DNA of 64,000 bases. It comes from Candidatus Latescibacterota bacterium. Its GTDB lineage: Bacteria > Latescibacterota > UBA2968. Each line of letters begins with the position of its first letter. Within the stretch, counting starts at the first letter, position 1. Below, one piece after another: positions 1 to 9,895 of the stretch. Position numbers and translations under genes: made by a program. The notes under the pieces were generated by a model. It was not told the DNA's origin, made no database searches, and was given only the letters and a program-made list of their open reading frames with translations. The DNA is taken from NCBI GenBank assembly GCA_965222605.1, contig OZ244960.1, positions 4,896,001 to 4,960,000 on the forward strand. The letters run 5' to 3'.

Positions 1-234
1 TGTGGGCGCGTAACGGATGCCTCCTTTAACGGGTAAGCGATGTTCGCTGTGAACCGAGCGCCATCCCGTGAAGATGCGGTAGCTGTCGCGGAATTTGACA
101 AAAAAGCGCACCATGTAAATGTTGTTGTTGGTTTTGATCTGGGCGGCCAGTCCCAGAGGCAAATTGAGCGTTGCCGCTGCGCGGTCAAACATGAGGTCAA
201 CGCTTTCTTTAAAGGTGGGTTCATGTGAGGCCAT
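1..234 (-). CDS. gdhA: Glu/Leu/Phe/Val dehydrogenase (glutamate dehydrogenase), N-terminal part; runs off left edge
   Basis: Not in the ORF track. Manual translation from ATG 234 gives MASHEPTFKESVDLMFDRAA...FTGWRSVHSEHRLPVKGGIRYAPT; H-x4-P-x-KGGIRY is the GDH motif. Confidence 0.85.
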   Translation of the reverse strand, partial: MASHEPTFKESVDLMFDRAAATLNLPLGLAAQIKTNNNIYMVRFFVKFRDSYRIFTGWRSVHSEHRLPVKGGIRYAPT

Positions 235-276
235 AAGTATTTCTCCGGAAAAGGTGGGATGTGGGATGAAGTTCTT

Positions 277-1176
277 TTACTCGCTTTTTAGCAGATGGCG
301 CAGGGCAGGCTCAAGGTGGGGATGGGCAAAGGAAAAATTGGTGTTTTCGAGGCGCGAGGAGGTAACGCGGGTGCTTGCGAGCAGGAGGGCATCGGCCATT
401 TCGCCCAGCGCGAGTTTGGCGGCAAATGCGGGTAGCGGAAAAATTGTTGGGCGAGATAAAACGCGACCGAGGGTTTTGGTAAATTCGCGGTTGGTGACAG
501 GCGTTGGAGATACGGCGTTGATTGCACCACTGATGGATTCGTCGTCTATTGCAAAGAGGAATAGAGAGACCAGATCGTCAAGGGTGATCCAACTCATGTA
601 CTGATTGCCCGATCCGATGATGCCGCCCAATCCCAATTTGAAGGGTACGAGCATTTTGCCAAGTGCTCCACCTGCGGGGGACAGAACGATGCCAATGCGC
701 GGGTGAACGGTTCGTATGCCGGCTGCTGCTGCGGGTTTTGCGGCGTTTTCCCAGGCGATGGATACGTCGGGGAGAAAGCCTGATCCGGGCTGGCTATCTT
801 CGGTGAGGATTTCGTCGTCGCGATTGCCGTAATAACCGATGGCGGAAGCGGAGATAAAGACTTTTGGCGGTGGAGATATAGTCGCGAGTGTCTGGGCGAG
901 CAATGTGGTACCCTGCACGCGGCTGTCGCGGATGCGCGCCTTTTGTGCTGAGGTCCAGCGTCGAGAGGCGATGTTTTCTCCCGCGAGGTGTATGACCCCA
1001 TCTATATTGGTGAGGTGCGCGGAGTCAAGGGTATTAGAAGATGGGTCCCAGGTAATTTCACTGTTGTTGCGGGCATTGCGCCGGGTGAGAGATAAGACGC
1101 GATCCCCGCGCGTGCTCAGTGCGGTTTTAAGTGCCGAGCCGATGAGGCCAGAAGCACCGGATATCAGGATTTTCAT
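277..1176 (-). CDS. TIGR01777/YfcH-like NAD-dependent epimerase/oxidoreductase
   Basis: GASGLIG Rossmann motif, HLAGENIA, SASAIGYYG, GSGNQYMSWI. Confidence 0.9.
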   Translation of the reverse strand: MKILISGASGLIGSALKTALSTRGDRVLSLTRRNARNNSEITWDPSSNTLDSAHLTNIDGVIHLAGENIASRRWTSAQKARIRDSRVQGTTLLAQTLATISPPPKVFISASAIGYYGNRDDEILTEDSQPGSGFLPDVSIAWENAAKPAAAAGIRTVHPRIGIVLSPAGGALGKMLVPFKLGLGGIIGSGNQYMSWITLDDLVSLFLFAIDDESISGAINAVSPTPVTNREFTKTLGRVLSRPTIFPLPAFAAKLALGEMADALLLASTRVTSSRLENTNFSFAHPHLEPALRHLLKSE

Positions 1177-1182
1177 GACTGG

Positions 1183-1210
1183 GTACGGGCGGGTTTGAAA
1201 CCCGCCCCTC
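1183..1210. repeat. REP-like palindrome
   Basis: GTAC-GGGCGGGTTT-G-AAACCCGCCC: 10-bp perfect inverted repeat, intergenic. Confidence 0.55.
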
Positions 1211-1227
1211 CTATTTTTCGAAACGGA

Positions 1228-1641
1228 TTACTGTTTATAGAGCATGAGATAGATGATGACGCCTGTAATTGAGACAAAAATCCAACTGGGCCAAACCCAC
1301 CGGGCCAGGCGGCGGTGGCGATCAAATTCGCCTTTGTAGGCTCGCCAGACAAGCGCGATGATAAAGGGCACATTGACGGCGGCGAGGATGATGTGCGGGA
1401 TGAGTATGGCAAAGTAGATCGGACGGGTCCAATCGCGGTGTGGATAGGGCACAGAGCCGACCTGACTGTGGTATATGAGATATGAGATCAGAAAGAGAGC
1501 CGATAAGGTCAACGCTGTGACCATGCATTTCTGATGCGTTTTGATGTCGCCGCGTTTGATATAGATGAATCCCAACAGAAGAAAGATGGTGCAAAATCCG
1601 TTGAGGATGGCGTTTGTCGCGGGCAAGTCTGTGATGGACAT
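1228..1641 (-). CDS. DUF420 family membrane protein
   Basis: Four TM segments; LPATNAILN, FLISYLIYH, HRRLARW..P.W.FVSITG. Confidence 0.85.
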   Translation of the reverse strand: MSITDLPATNAILNGFCTIFLLLGFIYIKRGDIKTHQKCMVTALTLSALFLISYLIYHSQVGSVPYPHRDWTRPIYFAILIPHIILAAVNVPFIIALVWRAYKGEFDRHRRLARWVWPSWIFVSITGVIIYLMLYKQ

Positions 1642-1649
1642 ATTTTGGT

Positions 1650-4223
1650 CTAACGTTTATCCAGTGCTTGTTCGATCAAGTGGAGGATATAGCCGGTGTG
1701 AGATTCGGTGCTTGCATCGGTTGTTTTTTTAGTTTTGAGCATGTTTTGTATGGCTTTGAGGTTGTGCAGTGCGATGGCGCGAGATGCATAGATCCGCTTG
1801 CTTTCGGGGGCGATGATTTTGGTGAGGCGATTGACGTATTCAGCCTGCAAGTTCTGACGGAAAGAATTGACCGGGCCTTCGGCTTCTGCCGCAAAAACGG
1901 CATCGGTCAAGTCGGCCATCATATCGGATAATGCGTATTCGTTGCCGTAGAGCGCGGTGTCGAGCAGGCGGACCTGGACCGTGGGGTGTAAGAGATGGCT
2001 GAAGACGCGTTGTTGAATGCCGATCACGCGGTCGTGAATTTTGGGGTCTTCTGGAGCGCGGGAGAAGTCGAATCCGCGTCGTTGTTCCTGCAAATGGTTA
2101 TAGAGGTCAGGCGGCATATCAAACGCATTGGGCGAGAGGACGTATTTGGCAAGTGCGTCCATCGCGCGTTTCTGATCTGCAAGGGCAACTGGCGTGAATG
2201 GCCGGGTTGCGCCGGGTTGGTCGATGACTGCGCGGTCAACGTAAATGCCGCCGATATAACGGGAGAGTACGGTTGCGGCATTGCGATGCTGGGCTGTGAG
2301 AATAAGATAGGCTGTTTTTAGTTCGTGATAGGTGTTGCCCGGCGTGTTGTACTTTGTGAGGATTTTGTTTTTGACGTCGTTTATCAGTTCAATCCGCCCC
2401 GTGGCATGGGCAATGGCATCGCTGCTGAGGTCGAAGATCATCACGCGCGGGTCAATGCCGCGATTCGACGAGCGCATGTCGTCGGCGTCATTGCCAAACA
2501 TGAGTTCTGGTTCTGTGGAGCGCGCGAGAATTTTTTCGAGGCGTTTTTGTTCATCTTTGACATTGTCTTGTCCCGGTGAATACCCAAATTCAATGGCCCA
2601 AATATCATAGGGACCAGGGCGTGTGGTGTAGTAATGGCCCTGTTTTTGCCCGGGCAATGCGAGGTTGACGGCTGGATAGTCCATGACCGAAGCTAAAAGG
2701 CCCATTTTGCCGGTTCGGTTTTTGTCGTGAAGTTGTGCCGGGGTGTGAAGTTGACTGGATTTCATGTTGTGGTTGAGACCGATCGTGTGGCCGATTTCGT
2801 GCAGGATGAGATAGTAGATGCTTTCTTTGAGCAGTGCTTCAACTTCAATTTTGGACGCGCCAGAAACGCGCAGGGCGTGGGTGCCAAAGAGGTTGGATGC
2901 GTGTAGCTCGTGGCCCATGGAACAGTATTGTGGCATGTCTGAGTCGGCATTGGGTGTCGCGTTGTCAAAGAGCTTGTCATAGCGCACGCGACTCGTGAGA
3001 AATGCAAATTCGAGCATGACGTCAGCACCCAATATTTGCCCGGTTCGCGGGTTGACAAAGCTCGGCCCATATCCGCCAAATGGTGGATTGGGCGATGAGG
3101 TCCAGCGCAGGACATTGTATCGGATATCGCCGGCTTCCCAATCGGCATCATCGGGCTGTTCTTTGACATGCACGGCATTTTTGAATCCAGCGGCTTCAAA
3201 GGCGATATTCCAGGCGAGAGCCGCTTTTTTGATGGTTGGACGCAATTCTTTCGGGGTGGTGTTTTCGATCCACCAGGTGATTGGTACGACTGGTTCGGAG
3301 CGTTTGGCTTTGGGCTCCCTTTTTTTCAAGTGCCAGCGGTGGATCAAATCGCGATAAGGCGTTGCGCTCCTGGAGGTCAGGTCGGTCACTTGCGTGCTGA
3401 AGTAACCGACGCGCGGGTCGTCAAATCGCGGTTGATAATCGTTTTTGGGCATTTCGATCAGCGTGTGTTGCAGGGTAATCGTCACATTGCGGGCATCGGT
3501 TATGCCGTCTCCACCGCCTTTGGGATTGGGATTTTCATAGGTGTAGGCGATAACGAAATCTGTGTTTTTGGGATAATTTTTGATAGATAGACATTTGGTT
3601 TTGATTTTGCTGAGTTTGCCCAGAGAGAAATTTTTGTTGTTCTGCGTTCGGTTGACGCGATGGAGGGCTTCAGAGAGGAAAATATCGTCGGCTTTGATGA
3701 GGATGTTGCCCGTGGAGTCATTGCGTGCCGCAATTTTTTCCGATACGAGAATAGAAGGGCTGATGTTGGCTTTTGCTGCGCGACTCAGGGCGTTTTTAGG
3801 GTCGAAATAATACGCGGTGTTTTCTGAGATAATTTCGATTTTGTCAAAGTGCTTTTGAATGGAAAGCACGCGACTGCCGCGATAGTTGCCCCTGTATGTT
3901 CTCGCTGATACGGGGGCGTTAACGGTGTGGGTGAAGTAGATGTATTCTTTGCCGATTTGCGATTCGCGGATTTGCAGTTGCAACGCACCTGTGGTCGTGT
4001 CTTCATAAACGGTGAAGAGACCGGGATACTTGCGGCTGGATTTGGTGAGGTCGGCAATGGTTTTCTTTTTTCCGTCCTTTTTTGGAGTTTCTCCTTTTGG
4101 AGTTTTTGTGGAATCTCGTTTGGCGACCTTTGTCGAATCCGCAGGTTGTTTTTCCTGCGCTTGAACAGAGAATGCGATTCCAAAGACAAGTGCGACTGCG
4201 ATTAGTAGGCGTTGAACATTCAC
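1650..4223 (-). CDS. Secreted zinc-dependent metalloprotease (DUF5117/DUF4953-type metzincin)
   Basis: Signal peptide; DPRVGYF, GDIRYN, HEIGHTIGLNH zinc motif, SVMDY Met-turn. Confidence 0.85.
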   Translation of the reverse strand: MNVQRLLIAVALVFGIAFSVQAQEKQPADSTKVAKRDSTKTPKGETPKKDGKKKTIADLTKSSRKYPGLFTVYEDTTTGALQLQIRESQIGKEYIYFTHTVNAPVSARTYRGNYRGSRVLSIQKHFDKIEIISENTAYYFDPKNALSRAAKANISPSILVSEKIAARNDSTGNILIKADDIFLSEALHRVNRTQNNKNFSLGKLSKIKTKCLSIKNYPKNTDFVIAYTYENPNPKGGGDGITDARNVTITLQHTLIEMPKNDYQPRFDDPRVGYFSTQVTDLTSRSATPYRDLIHRWHLKKREPKAKRSEPVVPITWWIENTTPKELRPTIKKAALAWNIAFEAAGFKNAVHVKEQPDDADWEAGDIRYNVLRWTSSPNPPFGGYGPSFVNPRTGQILGADVMLEFAFLTSRVRYDKLFDNATPNADSDMPQYCSMGHELHASNLFGTHALRVSGASKIEVEALLKESIYYLILHEIGHTIGLNHNMKSSQLHTPAQLHDKNRTGKMGLLASVMDYPAVNLALPGQKQGHYYTTRPGPYDIWAIEFGYSPGQDNVKDEQKRLEKILARSTEPELMFGNDADDMRSSNRGIDPRVMIFDLSSDAIAHATGRIELINDVKNKILTKYNTPGNTYHELKTAYLILTAQHRNAATVLSRYIGGIYVDRAVIDQPGATRPFTPVALADQKRAMDALAKYVLSPNAFDMPPDLYNHLQEQRRGFDFSRAPEDPKIHDRVIGIQQRVFSHLLHPTVQVRLLDTALYGNEYALSDMMADLTDAVFAAEAEGPVNSFRQNLQAEYVNRLTKIIAPESKRIYASRAIALHNLKAIQNMLKTKKTTDASTESHTGYILHLIEQALDKR

Positions 4224-4330
4224 GACCGTGTCTCCTTTTGGTTTTGTTCATTATGGATATCTTCGCTATACGAAATTACCTAATTGTTTTAAAAATTTCA
4301 AGTGTGTATATCGGCTATATGAGCTATCAA

Positions 4331-4358
4331 TTGACATTATGTTTTTTTTACTTATCTT
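4331..4358 (+). promoter_or_regulatory. Putative sigma70 promoter
   Basis: TTGACA-N16-TATCTT upstream of the ORF at 4405. Confidence 0.45.
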
Positions 4359-4404
4359 TTTCGTCCAAATTTTTGAAGGGTTTAAACCAATATTAGTACG
4401 AGGT

Positions 4405-4605
4405 ATGGCAATGGCAGAGGCGGGAAGCACCTGGTTGACGTCTAAGGAGATCGCGGATCGGTTGAGTAGTCGAAAAGCGAGAGAAGTGCAGGAAGATTTG
4501 CTCTATGGACGCCGAACGCGGCGTGAGATATTGGATCTGGTGATGGAAGCTGTGGGCTGCAATGAATATTCGGCAGAAGATTTTTTGCGTGAAATTGTGA
4601 AGTGA
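4405..4605 (+). CDS. Small hypothetical protein (~65 aa, helical)
   Basis: GAGG RBS; MAMAEAGSTWLTSKEIADRL...; the track's upstream extension is probably non-coding. Confidence 0.6.
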   Translation: MAMAEAGSTWLTSKEIADRLSSRKAREVQEDLLYGRRTRREILDLVMEAVGCNEYSAEDFLREIVK

Positions 4606-4690
4606 GTAAAGCTGACCGCTATTTGTGTTTGCCGCGTATCGAATCGTCAATACGCGGCACGATATTTTTTGACCTGTAGGGTACAACGCC

Positions 4691-6379
4691 ATGTCTGAGA
4701 TTTTTCAAGCGGTGGAAAACTGCGCCAGCAGTTCATCTGATTATCTGGTCATTGGCAGTGGCATTGCGGGCCTTTCTTTTGCGCTTAAAGCGGCAGAGAC
4801 GGGGTCTGTCACTTTGATTACTAAAAAAGAGTTTCAAGAATCCAATACCAATTACGCACAGGGCGGTATTGCTTCTGTTTTGCATCCAGACGATTCGTTT
4901 GAGCTTCACAGGGAAGATACGATTCAGGCTGGCGCGGGTTTGTGCCGCGAAAATGTGGTAGATATGGTGGTGCGGGCTGGTCCCGATATGGTCAAGTCAC
5001 TCATCGCATGGGGGGCTGAGTTTACGCGAGAGAGCGAGCGGCGTACAACTGAGTCAGCCGTTCAAAATCTCGCACTCGGGCGCGAGGGCGGGCATTCAAA
5101 GAATCGCATTGTGTATGCCGCCGATCTGACCGGGCGAGAGATTGAGCGGGCGTTGTCCGAAGCGGCGATAGCCCATCCCAATATCGCGTTGTACGAGTAT
5201 CACATGGCGATTGATCTGATCACGGAACACCATGTGTATGGTTCGAAAATTTCAACGCCGGGGAAGATTCAGTGTTGGGGTGTTTACGCATTGGATGCCG
5301 TGCATGGACAGGTGAAGACTTTTTTGGCAAAATTTACGCTGCTGTGTAGCGGCGGGTGTGGTCAGATTTATTTGCATTCGACCAATCCGGCTATTGCAAC
5401 GGGCGATGGTATTGCCATGGCATATCGCGCGGGTGCAAGTGTGGGCAATTTGGAGTTTATGCAGTTTCATCCCACGACGCTTTATCACCGAGATGCCGAT
5501 TCATTTTTGATTTCTGAAGCAGTGCGCGGGCATGGTGGCATTCTGGTGGATCGAGCGGGGCGGGCGTTTATGGTCGATTATCACGAGATGGGGCCGCTTG
5601 CACCTCGAGATGTGGTTGCGCGGGCGATTGATAGCGAGTTAAAAAAGAGCGGTGATCCCTGTGTGTTTCTCGATATCACGCATTGTCCAGGCGCAGAGCT
5701 TCAGGAGCGTTTTCCCACGATTTATGAACGGTGCTTGCAATTTGGCATTGATATAACGCAGCAGCCCATTCCAGTTGTGCCAGCCGCGCATTATATGTGC
5801 GGTGGCGTGTTCACGGATACGCAGGGGCGCACGGATATCGAAAGGCTTTACGCTTCGGGTGAGGTCGCTTGTACGGGGTTACACGGCGCGAATCGCCTGG
5901 CGAGCAATTCGCTGTTAGAAGCGCTGGTTTTTTCAGATCGCGCGTTTTCCGATATCCAGCAGCACATAGATGCGAGGCTCGATTTTCCGGATGTACCGGC
6001 CTGGCAAGACGACGATGTGTTTAATACAGAAGAATGGGTGTTGTTATCACACGACCGGCAGGAAGTACAGCGTTTGATGTGGGATTATGTGGGGATTGTG
6101 CGGTCGGATTTTCGATTGAAGCGCGCAGCCCGTCGTATTGGTGTGATTGTGCAGGAGGTCGAAGAATTTTATAAGCGCACGCAAGTTACTGAGGCACTGC
6201 TGGAGTTGCGCAATATGACGACTGTTGCCGCGCTGACTGTGCGCTGTGCATTATCCCGACGCGAAAGCCGGGGGTTGCATTACACACTCGATTGTCCTGC
6301 GCCATTCAAATCTGCAAAAGATACGGTGGTGTCCGCCTGGGAAACGTGGGGCATAGGTTTGCCGGTGATTGATGTGTGA
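4691..6379 (+). CDS. nadB: L-aspartate oxidase
   Basis: GSGIAGL FAD motif, AQGGIA, REGGHS, QFHPT, PAAHY, GLHGANRLASNSLLE. Confidence 0.95.
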   Translation: MSEIFQAVENCASSSSDYLVIGSGIAGLSFALKAAETGSVTLITKKEFQESNTNYAQGGIASVLHPDDSFELHREDTIQAGAGLCRENVVDMVVRAGPDMVKSLIAWGAEFTRESERRTTESAVQNLALGREGGHSKNRIVYAADLTGREIERALSEAAIAHPNIALYEYHMAIDLITEHHVYGSKISTPGKIQCWGVYALDAVHGQVKTFLAKFTLLCSGGCGQIYLHSTNPAIATGDGIAMAYRAGASVGNLEFMQFHPTTLYHRDADSFLISEAVRGHGGILVDRAGRAFMVDYHEMGPLAPRDVVARAIDSELKKSGDPCVFLDITHCPGAELQERFPTIYERCLQFGIDITQQPIPVVPAAHYMCGGVFTDTQGRTDIERLYASGEVACTGLHGANRLASNSLLEALVFSDRAFSDIQQHIDARLDFPDVPAWQDDDVFNTEEWVLLSHDRQEVQRLMWDYVGIVRSDFRLKRAARRIGVIVQEVEEFYKRTQVTEALLELRNMTTVAALTVRCALSRRESRGLHYTLDCPAPFKSAKDTVVSAWETWGIGLPVIDV

Positions 6380-6408
6380 TCCGCAGAATGAAGGCGAGTA
6401 ATTCGAGC

Positions 6409-6433
6409 ATGAACGCAGATGAACGCAGATGAA
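6409..6433. repeat. Short tandem repeat (ATGAACGCAG)x2.5
   Basis: Read directly, in the nadB-guaA spacer. Confidence 0.6.
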
Positions 6434-6488
6434 AAAGAGGGGCTGGGGGCTGGTTGAACTGACTGCTGACAACTTTTCAGGAGTTCTT

Positions 6489-8312
6489 ATGCGCAACGGC
6501 ATTGCTGTGATTGATTTTGGTGGACAATATGCTCACTTGATTGCGAATCGGATTCGCAGGTTGCGGGTTTATTCCGAAATTTTTCCGCCGGATGTTGATC
6601 CTGCGGCATTGTGTGGCGTGTCGGGCATGGTTTTTTCGGGTGGTCCATCCAGTGTATATGATCCCGATCCACCCGCGTTTAATCCCAAATTGCTGGATAC
6701 CGATTTGCCCGTGCTCGGCCTGTGTTATGGGCATCAGTTGTTGTGCATGCATTTGGGAGGCAAGGTTGTTGCTGGTGAGGTGAGAGAATACGGTTCTGCC
6801 AGATTGAATATTGCAGGTGGGTCAGATTTGTTTGCCGGGCTTGGAGATTCCCAGGAGGTGTGGATGAGCCACGGCGATGTGGTTGCAACTTTGCCCGAGG
6901 GTTTTGAAATTTTGGGTACGACCGAGGATTGTCCTTCTGCAGCAGTTGGCGATGTCAAACGCGGGATTTATGGCTTGCAATTTCATCCCGAGGTGGCACA
7001 CACGCCGCGTGGATTGGATATTCTCGATAATTTTTTGACGATATGCGATGCGCCTCGAACCTGGACAATGGGCAATTATGCCGAAGTGGTTATGGAAGAG
7101 ATGCGGGAGAAGGTGGGGGACCGCAATGTGTTTTTGCTCGTTTCAGGTGGGGTTGATTCTTCGGTGGCTTTTGTGCTGTTTAACAAGGCGCTGGGCGCAG
7201 ATCGGGTGTTGGGGTTGCACATTGACAATGGTTTTATGCGAAAGGGTGAGACGGCTGCGGTGGAGGTTTTTCTAAAAAAAGAGGGGTTTGACAACCTGAT
7301 GGTCAAGGATGCCAGTGACGATTTTTTGTTGGGTGTGGAAGGTCTGATCGATCCAGAAGCAAAACGCGAGGCGATTGGACAAACATTTTTAGAGGTGAAG
7401 GACGAGGTGATGGCGCACTTGCATCTGAATGCAGATCAATGGGTGTTGGGGCAGGGGACACTTTATCCCGATACCATAGAATCGGGAGGGACAGAGCACG
7501 CTGCGTTGATTAAGACGCACCACAATCGCATTGATTTGATCGATGAGTTGATTGCACAGGGCAAGGTTGTCGAGCCTTTGGCACAGTTGTACAAGGATGA
7601 GGTGCGCGAGTTGGGGGGCGAGTTGGGGTTGCCCGATCATCTGGTGTGGCGACATCCGTTTCCGGGTCCTGGTCTGGCGGTGCGCTGTTTGTGCTCAGAT
7701 GGTGAGGTGGAGGGGAGTGATATTGCAGCAGCGGAGAGGGTCGCTTCTGAGATCGCTTCTGAGGCGGGTTTGCAATTGCGTGTTTTACCCGTTAAGAGTG
7801 TGGGGGTTCAGGGTGATTTTCGCACGTACTCGCATCCCGCGATTGTTTCGGGTTTCGACCTGAATACGGCCGAGAGCAATGACGATTGGCGCGTGCTCGA
7901 AGATATGTCAACGCGGATTACCAATAGCGTGCCGGGTATTAACCGCGTGGTTTGTCTTATTGCGCCAGACGAGTTGCCCAGGTTGCGTCTCAAGCGCGCA
8001 TTTTTGACCTATCAGAGGCTCGATGTTTTGCGGGAGGCCGATGCGATTGCTATGCGGGCACTCGACCGCGCGGGTCTTATGTCTGCAGTGTCTCAGATGC
8101 CGACTGTTTTGGCACCGCTGACGACAGATGGACAGAACGAGGTTGTGATTTTGCGCCCGATTACGACCCCAGATTTTATGACTGCGCGATTTGCCGAATT
8201 GCCTCACAACCTGGTGCGCGATATAGCAGACGAGATACTGAGTCTGCCCGGTGTCGCTGCCGTGGGTTATGATGTAACCCACAAACCGCCGGGGACAGTG
8301 GAATGGGAGTGA
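6489..8312 (+). CDS. guaA: GMP synthase (glutamine-hydrolysing), long form
   Basis: DFGGQY, GLCYG, QFHPEV, SGGVDS, HPFPGPGL, KPPGTVEWE; start moved to ATG 6489 after an AGGAG RBS. Confidence 0.95.
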   Translation: MRNGIAVIDFGGQYAHLIANRIRRLRVYSEIFPPDVDPAALCGVSGMVFSGGPSSVYDPDPPAFNPKLLDTDLPVLGLCYGHQLLCMHLGGKVVAGEVREYGSARLNIAGGSDLFAGLGDSQEVWMSHGDVVATLPEGFEILGTTEDCPSAAVGDVKRGIYGLQFHPEVAHTPRGLDILDNFLTICDAPRTWTMGNYAEVVMEEMREKVGDRNVFLLVSGGVDSSVAFVLFNKALGADRVLGLHIDNGFMRKGETAAVEVFLKKEGFDNLMVKDASDDFLLGVEGLIDPEAKREAIGQTFLEVKDEVMAHLHLNADQWVLGQGTLYPDTIESGGTEHAALIKTHHNRIDLIDELIAQGKVVEPLAQLYKDEVRELGGELGLPDHLVWRHPFPGPGLAVRCLCSDGEVEGSDIAAAERVASEIASEAGLQLRVLPVKSVGVQGDFRTYSHPAIVSGFDLNTAESNDDWRVLEDMSTRITNSVPGINRVVCLIAPDELPRLRLKRAFLTYQRLDVLREADAIAMRALDRAGLMSAVSQMPTVLAPLTTDGQNEVVILRPITTPDFMTARFAELPHNLVRDIADEILSLPGVAAVGYDVTHKPPGTVEWE

Positions 8313-8434
8313 TGATGGAGGATGGAGCACTACTGCGCCAGCAGTTCATTAACAAAACGAACAAAGCCGGACAGAGTTATTTTTTTACTTTTTAGAATTG
8401 CAATGGAACAAAATGTACACCTTTCCTGTAGATA

Positions 8435-8458
8435 GTTAGCGAGCGTGGGTCTGCTAAC
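8435..8458. promoter_or_regulatory. Candidate enhancer-binding-protein site
   Basis: Inverted repeat GTTAGC-N12-GCTAAC, ~75-95 bp upstream of the sigma54 box. Confidence 0.3.
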
Positions 8459-8529
8459 GCCAATTATATATCCTTGTTTTATCGTGCCTTAGAATATTCT
8501 GAGGCACTTTTTTTTGGTTTTTTTCAAAA

Positions 8530-8546
8530 TGGGCACGGCTTTTGCA
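8530..8546 (+). promoter_or_regulatory. Sigma54 (RpoN) -24/-12 promoter
   Basis: TGGGCACGGCTTTTGCA = GG-N10-GC with CACG and TTGCA; matches the TGGCACG-N4-TTGCW consensus apart from one base. Confidence 0.7.
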
Positions 8547-8620
8547 AGATATGCTGTGTGCAAATCGCGTGAATGGGATTGAGGCGGACGAGATGTCCGC
8601 GATGCCAGAGGGTTGAAGTT

Positions 8621-9895
8621 TTGAAAAATACTACAGTTGCGTTTTATAGCCAGCATCTCATTGGCGTTGGGCACCATTTTCGCAATCGACAGATTGTCAA
8701 TGCGTTGGTTAAGACTTGCGATGTGTTTTTCATCGATGGCGGGCGCCCGATTCCCGAGGCCGATCTCGATGAACGGGTGACGCGTATTTCCCTACCGCCT
8801 CTTCGCACGGGCGCACAGGGCATTGAGTCTGTTGATAAGGAGCGCGATTTGCAGGCTGTGATGTGCGAACGTCAGGTCAGGCTTTCCGAAGCGATGGAAC
8901 AGATTCGACCGGATGTGTTTTGTGTTGAATTTTTTCCTTTTTCCCGGTGGTCGCTCAAGGGCGAAATCCTCAATACCATTGTCAGGCTCAATCAGGTCAA
9001 TCCCGACGCGAAGGTGCTGTGTTCACTGCGCGATGTTCCCACGCGGGCAAAAAGCGATGAGTTGCAACCGGCTATTGCGCCTACAGAACGGCGCGATGGG
9101 GATGCGATGCGGTTTTATTCGGTGCCTTTTGGCGGGATACATCACGAGTATTTGTCTTTTAATCGGCGGTATTACGAGGAGGTTGTGCCCGTGTTGAATC
9201 AGTATTTCGATGCGGTGCTGGTGCATGGCGATTCCCAACTATCGCGGTTGGAAGATCACTTTCCATGGGTTGCTGATATCGGGATTCCCGTGGTTTATAC
9301 GGGATTTGTTTCTGAGAAACTCGAGGATGTCTCTCGGCCTGACAGTGCGTCCGATCAGTATGTTTTGGTCAGTGCTGGCGGTGGTGCTGAGGGGCTTGCG
9401 CTTGTCGCGCCGTGTATTGAAGCGTGGAAAAAATTGGAACAGGACGATGTGCACGATGGACGCGAGATGGTGATTTTTGCAGGTGCGTTTATCGATGAAA
9501 CGCATTTTGACGCTTTGCGCGAGTTGTGCGGCGATGGTCCGTTTCGTATTGAACGCTTTACGTCCAATTTTTTGGCCTGGATGAAATACACAGATTTGTC
9601 GATTAGCCGCGCGGGCTACAATACCTGTATGAATGTACTTGAGACGCAAGTTCCAACGATTTTGGTGCCGAGTATTGCGATGGATGATCAGGAGTTTCGC
9701 GCACAGAAGTTGATGGCGTTGGGCCTCGCACGGGTGATACATCCCGACCACTTATCCGTGGCAAAGATGGCAAAATCCATTGCCGAAATGCTCGAAAGTT
9801 CTGTGCCTGAACACCATCTATCCCTGGGTGGTGCCGAGCAAACGCGAAAGTTTATAGAATTAGCGGTACAAGGTAAAAAACGAGGTGAAAGATGA
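8621..9895 (+). CDS. GT-B glycosyltransferase (COG4671-like, GT28 C-terminal domain)
   Basis: FYSQHLIGVGH, EFFPF, SLRD, LVHGD, SAGGG, SRAGYNT; probable TTG start at 8621 (track start 8573). Confidence 0.8.
   Translation: MKNTTVAFYSQHLIGVGHHFRNRQIVNALVKTCDVFFIDGGRPIPEADLDERVTRISLPPLRTGAQGIESVDKERDLQAVMCERQVRLSEAMEQIRPDVFCVEFFPFSRWSLKGEILNTIVRLNQVNPDAKVLCSLRDVPTRAKSDELQPAIAPTERRDGDAMRFYSVPFGGIHHEYLSFNRRYYEEVVPVLNQYFDAVLVHGDSQLSRLEDHFPWVADIGIPVVYTGFVSEKLEDVSRPDSASDQYVLVSAGGGAEGLALVAPCIEAWKKLEQDDVHDGREMVIFAGAFIDETHFDALRELCGDGPFRIERFTSNFLAWMKYTDLSISRAGYNTCMNVLETQVPTILVPSIAMDDQEFRAQKLMALGLARVIHPDHLSVAKMAKSIAEMLESSVPEHHLSLGGAEQTRKFIELAVQGKKRGER

Noticed and set aside
8313-8345. TGGAGC after guaA as a duplicated tRNA-Thr att site
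   Set aside because: Only a 6-bp match, which is expected by chance.
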